From assembly GCA_963729605.1 (NCBI GenBank), contig CAVSNY010000002.1, positions 320,001 to 384,000 on the forward strand: a DNA stretch of 64,000 nucleotides, given 5' to 3'. The position numbers and the translations under genes were made by a program. The notes beneath the pieces are model-generated. The model was not told the DNA's origin, searched no databases, and worked only from the letters and a program-made list of their open reading frames with translations. Source of the DNA: an uncultured Gammaproteobacteria bacterium. Its GTDB lineage: Bacteria > Pseudomonadota > Gammaproteobacteria > DRLM01. Below, in pieces: positions 1 to 10,305 of this stretch (positions are counted from its first letter, which is position 1; each line of letters starts with the position of its first letter).

Positions 1-612
1 GCGTTTATCGTAATAATCGACGCGCCGTTGCAGACAATCCTGCCAATCATCCGCCTTGCTGAACCACGAGACCCGTTTGCCGTAGGTGGGATCTTGTTTG
101 GGAATGCTTTCCACCAGGTAATAGTCGCCGCCCTCGAAACGCGCCACTTCCTTGAAGACATGTTCGTCCTCATCGAGGGCGCGGATGCGCAGGTCCTCGT
201 CGGTGAAACCCCAGTCCATGTTGTTGGGATCGCGTTGCGAGACGCGCCGCACCATGCGCATCTCCGGCAGATAGACCCACTGGTCGGCGTTTTTTTTCAG
301 ATCGCTGTAGGCCCAGCGCATGAAGTTGACGCCTTTGCTGTCCGGCGGGAATTGCGTAAAGAGGATCACCTTGTCTTCGATGCCGTCCTTGCCCGCGTAG
401 TTTTTCCACAAGCGCAGGTATTCGCTCTTGACCTTTTTACCGTTTTTATCGGTGAGGGCGATCATCAATTGGGAACGTTGATCGTCGCCGGCGTATTTGT
501 AATAACAATGTTTGACGATCTCCGCGCCGCTCAGGGCGGGTTGATCGGCGCGGACGGGAGAGGCGATGACGGTCAGGGCCAGTAAACAAAATAAAACGCT
601 GCGCGGGTACAT
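1..612 (-). CDS. Outer-membrane lipoprotein-sorting (LolA-like) protein; 3' end runs off the window
   Basis: Hand translation from CAT at 610-612: MYPRSVLFCLLALTVIASPVRA (signal peptide) ...DKVILFTQFPPDSKGVNFMRWAY...DQWVYLPEMRMVRRVS...GFTDEDL...RVDYYDKR, open to base 1. Not in the ORF track. Confidence 0.75.
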   Translation of the reverse strand, partial: MYPRSVLFCLLALTVIASPVRADQPALSGAEIVKHCYYKYAGDDQRSQLMIALTDKNGKKVKSEYLRLWKNYAGKDGIEDKVILFTQFPPDSKGVNFMRWAYSDLKKNADQWVYLPEMRMVRRVSQRDPNNMDWGFTDEDLRIRALDEDEHVFKEVARFEGGDYYLVESIPKQDPTYGKRVSWFSKADDWQDCLQRRVDYYDKR

Positions 613-782
613 TGATCGGACTGCCTTGGTTGATTCATCGTTCGGGCGGTACGGATCCGCATCGCGCGCGATTCGCGGCGCCCCGCCGGTAGGCACTTTA
701 ACGTATCGGCGCGGTTCCGGCATCTGCCGCGCGCCCGCGGCGGAGTGAAGTCGCCGCCCGCCCATCGGCATTATCGATCCCA

Positions 783-3497
<2,715 letters not shown>

Positions 3498-3758
3498 GAC
3501 TGAAATTTCCCGGCCTGTGGTGTTCCAGCCGCAAGGCACGCCGCGTGCGCGGCGCCGGGTTGCGGGGAAGGCGTGTGTTGGCTCAGTGCGCGTCTTCATT
3601 CTGCCACAAGCCTGGTGTCGTAGTCGGGCGCCCCTCGTTTTTTAAATTTAAAGAGCGTGGACGGTTTGGATGACGCCGGGCTTTTGTTGCAGCCGAGCCC
3701 TGCCCTTATGTTGAGCTTTGCGGGCGGTGACGGTTTAATGTGTCAGACTTGAAATTAG

Positions 3759-3905
3759 GGAGCCTCTGATTTATTCACAGGTTCCCGCGGCACATGGATG
3801 TGCGGTCATTTTCAGGTGTCATCCATTGAAAATGCAGGGCGGCGAAAATCAGATTTTCGCTGCCCGCGCCCTGAAAATTCCAGGATGGAATTATTCAGAG
3901 CCTCC
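3759..3905. mobile_element. MITE copy A, IS5-family-like ends
   Basis: 18-bp imperfect terminal inverted repeats (GGAGCCTCTGATTTATTC / GAATTATTCAGAGCCTCC), flanked by TTAG at 3755-3758 and 3906-3909. Homologous copies lie at 14737-15051. Confidence 0.75.
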
Positions 3906-3935
3906 TTAGCATTGTCCGCTTGCCGAGGTGCCCGG

Positions 3936-4442
3936 ATGAAACATGTGTTGGTGATACGCCATGCCATCGCGCAGGACCGCGAGGTCGCCGCCGCTAATGG
4001 GGTGAGCGACGCGGAACGCGCGCTGACCGGGAAAGGCCGCCAACGCATGAGCGAGGCGGCGCGCGGCCTCGCGATCCTCGTGCCGGAACTCGAGCTGATA
4101 CTCTCCAGCCCGCTGCGGCGGGCGCGGCAAACCGCGGAGATCGTCGCCGAGGCCTACGCCGGTTTGGCCGTGGAAGAGACCGCGGCGCTGAGTCCCGGCG
4201 CGCCGCCTGGGTCGTTGTACCGGCGGTTGGCGGCCGGTCCGCGCTGCGTGGCCGTCGTCGGTCACGAGCCCGATCTGGGCGAATGGGTCAGCCGTTCGCT
4301 GGTCCGCGGCCGGTCCGCGTTCATTCAATTCAAGAAAGGCGGCGCCTGCCTGTTGACCTTCCCCGCCGCTCCCCAACCCGCTCAGGCCGAGCTGCGCTGG
4401 TTTTGTCCGCCGGCCATCTTGCGTCGGTTGACCAGGCGATGA
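3936..4442 (+). CDS. sixA: Phosphohistidine phosphatase, SixA family
   Basis: IRHA, RALT.KG, SSPLRRARQTA, VGHEP and FKKGG motifs. Confidence 0.85.
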   Translation: MKHVLVIRHAIAQDREVAAANGVSDAERALTGKGRQRMSEAARGLAILVPELELILSSPLRRARQTAEIVAEAYAGLAVEETAALSPGAPPGSLYRRLAAGPRCVAVVGHEPDLGEWVSRSLVRGRSAFIQFKKGGACLLTFPAAPQPAQAELRWFCPPAILRRLTRR

Positions 4443-5455
4443 CGAAGGCGGCGGCCGCGTACGCCTTGTTGAAAACGCCGGCCGGGATGGCGGTGAGGCG
4501 CCATGCCCTCGAACTCATGCGGCGTATCGATCGGGCCCACGCGCGTTGGCGGGTGTCGCCGGACCAAGAGGCTTTGCACGATTTTCGTGTCGCCGTGCGC
4601 CGCCTGCGCAGCTGGCTCGAGGCTTACGAGGAAGAGGTCCCGCTCCCGTCCAAGCTGTATGGCAAACTGCGCCGCTTGGCGCGTGAAACCAATCGCGCCC
4701 GCGATGCCGACGTGGCGCTGGCTTGGTTGCAGGCGCACCGGGCGCAACTCAAAACCGGCGAACGCCACGGTTGGCGCTGGCTGCTGGACCGCTATCGGCA
4801 AGAGCGGGACGATGAACACGCGCGTTTGCGCGCAACACTTTCCAAGCGGTGGGAACGAATGGAACACCGGCTGAAATCCGCCTTGGCGGACCACCCCGTC
4901 GCGCAACATGAACGTTATGCCGAGCGCTGCGCGGCGCGCCTCGATGTTTATTATGAAAGGTTGACCGGGCATTTGAACGCCGTGCGCGGCGTGGAGGAGG
5001 ACGAGGCGATCCACCATGCCCGCATCGCCGCCAAGCGTTTGCGTTATCTGCTCGAACCCGTGGGTCCCGCCCTGCCCGCGGCGCGGGCCATGCTCGCGCG
5101 CTTGACGGATCTGCAAGACCGGCTCGGTCGTATGCATGACATGAACGTGTTGCATAATCGCCTGGGGGAGGCCGTGGTCGAGGCCGCGGCGGCGCACGCG
5201 CGGACGTGTTTGCGCGCGGCGCTGGCGCCGTCCGGCGCGGCGGACTTAAAAAATCTGCGGCGGCGCGATCCACTGCCGGGCTTGATCGCCCTGGCCTGTT
5301 TGGCGCGGCGGGAGGCGTGCACGGGTTATGTGAATTACACCGGCGATTTTGAGCGGGGTGACGGTGAGGCGCCGTTTTTCAAAAGAGACATGGACCCGTT
5401 GCGCGCCGCGCTGTTAGGGTTGCCGGTCAGGAATGACGCGTCCCTTGTCGAATGA
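4439..5455 (+). CDS. CHAD-domain (polyphosphate-binding) protein
   Basis: LHDFRVAVRRLRS, RDADV, HHARIAAKRLRYLLE and LQDRLG.MHD. ATGA overlap with sixA. Confidence 0.88.
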   Translation: MTKAAAAYALLKTPAGMAVRRHALELMRRIDRAHARWRVSPDQEALHDFRVAVRRLRSWLEAYEEEVPLPSKLYGKLRRLARETNRARDADVALAWLQAHRAQLKTGERHGWRWLLDRYRQERDDEHARLRATLSKRWERMEHRLKSALADHPVAQHERYAERCAARLDVYYERLTGHLNAVRGVEEDEAIHHARIAAKRLRYLLEPVGPALPAARAMLARLTDLQDRLGRMHDMNVLHNRLGEAVVEAAAAHARTCLRAALAPSGAADLKNLRRRDPLPGLIALACLARREACTGYVNYTGDFERGDGEAPFFKRDMDPLRAALLGLPVRNDASLVE

Positions 5456-5497
5456 TGCCGAATGATTGTTCGGCACGGTTGTTATAGGAGCTAGGAA

Positions 5498-6997
5498 ATG
5501 ATGTCACGCCAGCCCAGTGAGATTGTCGCCGCTGTTGACTTGGGTTCGAACAGTTTTCATATGATCGTCGCCCGCGACGTGCAAGGCGACGTCAAGGTGC
5601 TCGATCGTCTGCGCGAGCCGGTGCGGCTCGGCGCCGGCTTCGACGCCGAGCAGAATCTCAGCGACGAGATGCAGCGGCGCGCCCTCGATTGTCTGCAACG
5701 CTTCGGTCAGCGTTTGCGCGACCTGCCGCCCGGCAGCGTGCGCGCCGTGGGCACCAATGCCTTGCGCCAAGCGGCCAACGCCGGTGAATTTCTCGCGCGG
5801 GCCGAGCAGGCCTTGGGCCATCCCATCGGCATCATCGCCGGCGCCGAGGAGGCGCGGCTGATTTATCTGGGCGTGGCCCACAGCCTGGCCGCCGACGACA
5901 AACCGCGTTTGGTGGTCGATATCGGCGGCGGCAGCACCGAGATCATCATCGGCGCGGGGTTTACGCCGCGCCACATGGAAAGCCTGGACATGGGCTGCGT
6001 CTCCGTGAGCCAGCGTTTTTTCGCCGATGGAACGATCAGCGCGCGGGCGGTGGAGCGCGCCTTGATGACGGCGCGTCTGGAACTCGAACCGGTAGAGGCG
6101 AGCTTTCGCGACCTGGGCTGGGTCAACGCGGTGGGCGCGTCGGGGACGATCCGCGCCGCGCACGGCATCGTGACCGCGGCGGGTTGGAGCAGCGACACCC
6201 TCAATCGCGGCGCCTTGCGCAAGTTGCTCGATGCGATGATCGACGCCGGTCATGTGAATAAGCTGACCGTGCCGGGACTCAGCGCCGAACGGGCGCCGGT
6301 GTTGCCCGGCGGGGTGGTGATCCTGCTCGCCATCTTCGAGGCCCTCGACATCAAACAGATGGGCGTGGCCAAAGGGGCTTTGCGGGAAGGCGTGCTCTAC
6401 GACCTGCTGGGCCGCATCCATGACCACGATGTGCGCGGCGACAGCGTGGCCAGTCTGGCCCGCCGCCATCATGTCGCCGCCGAACACGCGCAACGGGTGC
6501 GGCAGACCGCCAAGCAGTGCCTGGCGCAAGTCGAATCGGCCTGGGGTTTCGTCGATCACGAGATCAGCCGATGGCTGGACTGGGCGGCGCAGCTGCACGA
6601 GATCGGCTTGAACGTCAGTCATAATCAATATCAGCAGCACGGCGCCTATATCATCGAGAACGCCGACCTGGCGGGGTTTTCCGCGCAGGAGCAAAAATTA
6701 TTGGCCTTGCTGGTGCGCGCCCATCGCCGCAAATTTCCCGTCAAGTTTTTCAAGGATATTCCCGACGGCACGGCGCGGCTGATGCAGCGCCTGGCGATCC
6801 TGCTGCGTCTGGCGGTGTTGTTGCGGCGCGGCCGCAGCGCCGGGTCGTTGCCCAAATTCACCCTGGAGGCCGGTAAAAAAAGTCTGGATATCCTTTTTCC
6901 AGCGGGCTGGTTGGACGCCCATCCTTTGACGCGCGGCGATTTGGAGCAGGAAGCGAGTTATCTCGAAGCGGTGGGATTCGAACTGCGTTACCGCTGA
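5498..6997 (+). CDS. ppx: Exopolyphosphatase Ppx/GppA
   Basis: AAVDLGSNSFHM, EEARLIYLG, DIGGGSTE, LREG and LHEIG. Confidence 0.93.
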   Translation: MMSRQPSEIVAAVDLGSNSFHMIVARDVQGDVKVLDRLREPVRLGAGFDAEQNLSDEMQRRALDCLQRFGQRLRDLPPGSVRAVGTNALRQAANAGEFLARAEQALGHPIGIIAGAEEARLIYLGVAHSLAADDKPRLVVDIGGGSTEIIIGAGFTPRHMESLDMGCVSVSQRFFADGTISARAVERALMTARLELEPVEASFRDLGWVNAVGASGTIRAAHGIVTAAGWSSDTLNRGALRKLLDAMIDAGHVNKLTVPGLSAERAPVLPGGVVILLAIFEALDIKQMGVAKGALREGVLYDLLGRIHDHDVRGDSVASLARRHHVAAEHAQRVRQTAKQCLAQVESAWGFVDHEISRWLDWAAQLHEIGLNVSHNQYQQHGAYIIENADLAGFSAQEQKLLALLVRAHRRKFPVKFFKDIPDGTARLMQRLAILLRLAVLLRRGRSAGSLPKFTLEAGKKSLDILFPAGWLDAHPLTRGDLEQEASYLEAVGFELRYR

Positions 6998-6999
6998 AC

Positions 7000-9075
7000 T
7001 CAAGCCTGTTCGGTGAGGTTTTGTAATAAACGGGTCTGCGCGGACAGCGGCGGCGCCTCGCCGCTCGTGGCGCGCAGGTAAGCGCCGTCGGCCTGCATCA
7101 GCCAGGCCTGGGTGTTGTCGGCGAGATAAGCGTGCAAGTCGTCGATGAGCCGTTGTCGGAGATCGGGCTGAGTTACTGGAAAACACACCTCCACCCGCCG
7201 GAACAGATTGCGGTCCATCCAATCGGCGCTGGAGCAGAACACCTCGGGGTTGCCGTCGTTGCCGAAGTGGTAGACGCGGGTGTGCTCCAGAAAACGCCCG
7301 ATGATCGAGCGCACCCGGATGTTATCCGAGACGCCCGCCAGGCCGGGCCGCAGGCTGCACATGCCGCGTACGATCAGATCGATTTCGACGCCGGCCCGCG
7401 AGGCTTGATACAAGGCCTGAATGATTTGCGGTTCCACCAGCGCGTTCATCTTGGCGATGATGCGTCCGCGGCGGCCTTGCTGGGCGTGCTGGGTTTCCCG
7501 GCCGATCTTGGCCAGCAGGGCCTCGTGCAGGGTCAAGGGCGAGGGCAGCAGTTTTTTGAGGGTCTGCACCTTGCCCAGGCTGGTGAGTTGCAGGAAGACC
7601 TGATGGACGTCGCGGCCGAGGTCCGTGTCGCGGGTGAACAGGCCGTAGTCGGTGTACATCCGCGCGGTGCGCGAGTGGTAATTGCCGGTACCGAGATGCA
7701 CGTAATGGCGCAGACGCTGTTGCTCGCGGCGGATCACCAGGATCATTTTGGCGTGGGTCTTGTAACCCACCACGCCGTATACCACATGCGCGCCCGCCTC
7801 CTGCAGGCGATTGGCCAGACCCACGTTGGCCTCTTCGTCGAAGCGGGCGCGCAGTTCGATCACCACCGTCACTTCTTTGCCCGCCCGCGCCGCCGCTTCC
7901 AGGGCATCGACGATGGCGGATTTGAGACCGCTGCGATAAAGGGTCTGCTTGATGGCGAGGACATCGGGATCCTCCGCCGCCTGGCGTACGAAGTCGATGA
8001 CCGGGGCGAAGGATTCGAAGGGGTGATGCAGCAGGATGTCGTGCTTGGCGATGGCCTCGAACAGATTGGCGTTGCGGGTGATCGCCGGGCTGAGTCCCGG
8101 CGTGAAGCTGGGGTATTTCAATTCGGGACGGTCCGCGAGGTCGGCGACGGTCTGCAGGCGATTGAGATTGACCGGTCCGTTGACGCGATAGAGGTCGTCG
8201 GCGCCTATGCCGAACCGGGTCAGCAGGAAGTTGGCGACCTGGTCGGAGCACTGGTCGCTGATCTCCAGGCGCACCGCCTCGCCGAAGTTGCGCGCCACCA
8301 GTTCGCCCTCCACCGCCCGCAATAAGTCGTCGATTTCCTCCTCGTCGACGAACAGGTCGGAGTTGCGCGTGACGCGGAACTGGTAACAGCCCATCACCCG
8401 CATGCCGTGAAACAGTTGACCGACATAGGCGTGGATCACCGAGGACAGGAAGACGAAATCATGGGGGCCGCCGCCGCTTTCCTCCGCCGGCAGTTGAATG
8501 ATGCGCGGCAGGGCGCGCGGGGCCTGGAGGATGGCCATGCCGCTGTTGCGGCCGAAGGCGTCTTTGCCGGTGAGCTCGACGATGAAGTTGAGGCTTTTGT
8601 TGAGGATGCGCGGGAAGGGGTGGGACGGGTCGAGTCCGATCGGGCTGAGCACGGGCAACACGGCTTGTTCGAAATAATTGCGCAGCCACGCTTCTTGCGC
8701 CGGCGTCCAGTCGCTGCGGCGGATGCAGTTGATGCCTTGCCGCGCCAGGGCGGGCAGGATGACGTCGTTCAAGACCCGATACTGTTCGTCCACCAGGGCG
8801 TGGGCGCGCGCGCCGATCAGCTTCAAACTCTCCTGCGGCGATAGATTGTCCGGGCCCGCCTGGGTGGAGCCGGCCTCCAGTTTTTGCTTGAGGCCCGCCA
8901 CCCGGATCTCGAAAAATTCGTCGAGATTCGTCGAGGCGATGCAGAGAAAACGCAGGCGCTCCAATAACGGCACCGCCTCGTCCTTGGCCTGTTCAAGTAC
9001 GCGTTGGTTGAATTCCAGCAGGCTCAACTCGCGATTGACGTACAGCTCCGGGGATTTGAGGTCAAGGTTGTTCAT
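7000..9075 (-). CDS. ppk1: Polyphosphate kinase 1
   Basis: NRELSLLEFN, NLDEFFEIRVAGL, IELRARFDEE, KTHAK, GTGNY, GRFLEH and SADWM.RN. Confidence 0.97.
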   Translation of the reverse strand: MNNLDLKSPELYVNRELSLLEFNQRVLEQAKDEAVPLLERLRFLCIASTNLDEFFEIRVAGLKQKLEAGSTQAGPDNLSPQESLKLIGARAHALVDEQYRVLNDVILPALARQGINCIRRSDWTPAQEAWLRNYFEQAVLPVLSPIGLDPSHPFPRILNKSLNFIVELTGKDAFGRNSGMAILQAPRALPRIIQLPAEESGGGPHDFVFLSSVIHAYVGQLFHGMRVMGCYQFRVTRNSDLFVDEEEIDDLLRAVEGELVARNFGEAVRLEISDQCSDQVANFLLTRFGIGADDLYRVNGPVNLNRLQTVADLADRPELKYPSFTPGLSPAITRNANLFEAIAKHDILLHHPFESFAPVIDFVRQAAEDPDVLAIKQTLYRSGLKSAIVDALEAAARAGKEVTVVIELRARFDEEANVGLANRLQEAGAHVVYGVVGYKTHAKMILVIRREQQRLRHYVHLGTGNYHSRTARMYTDYGLFTRDTDLGRDVHQVFLQLTSLGKVQTLKKLLPSPLTLHEALLAKIGRETQHAQQGRRGRIIAKMNALVEPQIIQALYQASRAGVEIDLIVRGMCSLRPGLAGVSDNIRVRSIIGRFLEHTRVYHFGNDGNPEVFCSSADWMDRNLFRRVEVCFPVTQPDLRQRLIDDLHAYLADNTQAWLMQADGAYLRATSGEAPPLSAQTRLLQNLTEQA

Positions 9076-9109
9076 TGGGGGGATATAGCCGGTATTCTCA
9101 ATGCAAACA

Positions 9110-9143
9110 ATCCTATTCCAGATTTATGTCATTAAGATGACAT
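9110..9143 (-). promoter_or_regulatory. Putative PhoB-dependent promoter of ppk1
   Basis: Minus strand reads ATGTCAT-CTTA-ATGACAT (Pho-box-like, 9126-9143), then exactly 10 bp, then TAGGAT (-10-like). Confidence 0.55.
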
Positions 9144-9196
9144 CGAGGGCTTGGTGGGGTTTGCCAAGCGTTGTATCCCCGTGCAAGAGGGGCGGG

Positions 9197-9230
9197 CGGT
9201 CATATATCCGTCATATTGCCGGCCTAGAAT
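9197..9230 (+). promoter_or_regulatory. Putative PhoB-dependent promoter of the pyruvate kinase remnant
   Basis: CGGTCAT-ATAT-CCGTCAT (11-bp period, 9197-9214), then exactly 10 bp, then TAGAAT (9225-9230). Confidence 0.6.
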
Positions 9231-9251
9231 CCCCATTTCCGAATTGTTCCT

Positions 9252-9554
9252 ATGATTGATTCATCGACCATTATGCCCCACACCCAAGGCGGGGAGCCCC
9301 CCGTTGTCGCCGATGAACTGGGCCACCTGCTCGCGGAAATGGCGGCTTTGCGGGTGGGCGTGATCGCCGGCGCCGCCAAACAGGCATCAGCTCACGTCCC
9401 GGGATCACCGACGCGGCGATGGGCGTGCGCGCCGAATGCGTGATGCTCAAGGGCCCCATGGGGTGGGCGCGGTCAAGGTGATGAGTAATATCTGGTGTGC
9501 ATGCGGGCCCATCAAAAGAAGAAGATCAGCCGGCTGCGGGCCTTGCATTGGTGA
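9252..9554 (+). pseudogene. Pyruvate kinase pseudogene (large internal deletion plus frameshifts)
   Basis: From 9404: ITDAAMGVRAECVML-KGP / frameshift / HGVGAVKVMSNI / frameshift / MRAHQKKKISRLRALHW*. This is the C-terminus of the atypical pyruvate kinases (EITDAAM..RAECVMLNKG). It is joined to a short N-terminal fragment. Confidence 0.75.
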
Positions 9555-9705
9555 AGGCAAGTCGAAGGTCGAGGGTTTTTCCGACGCGGTTCTTTATCAA
9601 ATAGGGATGTTTGATCGAGTTGATGGCCGGGCTGTTGGATCCGCCCTGGGCCGTTGGGTGCAAGGGCGGTGCGGATGCCCTCCGCACCGCGTTGGACTGC
9701 TTGCT

Positions 9706-9963
9706 TTAATTGTCTAGTTCGATTTTGGTGGTGTGTCCGTCCTTGACATGGATTTCGACCATGCTGCCTTCTTTGATGTCGCCTTTTTTCTTGGTGGTGG
9801 CGTCAAAGTGGGCGCGGTGCTCCACGCCGTTTTTGTCTTTAACGACATAGAACTCGCCGTCGATTTTCACTAACGTCCCTTTATACTCATCGTCCGCGAA
9901 GGCCAGTCCGGACAAGGCCGTCATGCTGCCGGCAAGTACGGTCATCGCTAAAAATTTTCTCAT
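9706..9963 (-). CDS. Small secreted hypothetical protein (85 aa, beta-rich, OB-fold-like)
   Basis: AGGAG RBS before the ATG at 9963; signal peptide MRKFLAMTVLAGSMTALSGLAFA. Confidence 0.75.
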   Translation of the reverse strand: MRKFLAMTVLAGSMTALSGLAFADDEYKGTLVKIDGEFYVVKDKNGVEHRAHFDATTKKKGDIKEGSMVEIHVKDGHTTKIELDN

Positions 9964-10104
9964 GAGTGTCTCCTGTGGATGTGTGTAAATATCACGTTTG
10001 ACGATTCCACCTTGCAAGTTGCGCTCAGTGAAAGTGAGTGAACAGAGGGTAATGCGCGGAATGGCTTGCCGAGGTGGAAACATTCCCTTGCTGAATGCCA
10101 TATC

Positions 10105-10133
10105 ACCTTAGGCAGTGGGGAGCGGCTTGTCAA
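10105..10133 (-). promoter_or_regulatory. Sigma70-type promoter for the small secreted protein
   Basis: Minus strand TTGACA-N17-TAAGGT. Confidence 0.55.
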
Positions 10134-10305
10134 ATGTCGCGCGGAGACGACGCGAGCGGTGAAGACATGTCTTGGATCGGCGACGGAATAAAAACGATAC
10201 CGTCAGTCCGGTATCTAACAGTTCAAGCGAGGACGGCACGACGGCGGGTATTCATTCCTCGGTACGGGCCCGGCCTCGACCGGACCCGTCAAAATCATGC
10301 TGAAC

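Noticed and set aside
28-585. 185-aa + strand ORF
   Set aside because: Antisense shadow of the LolA-like gene; no recognisable motifs.
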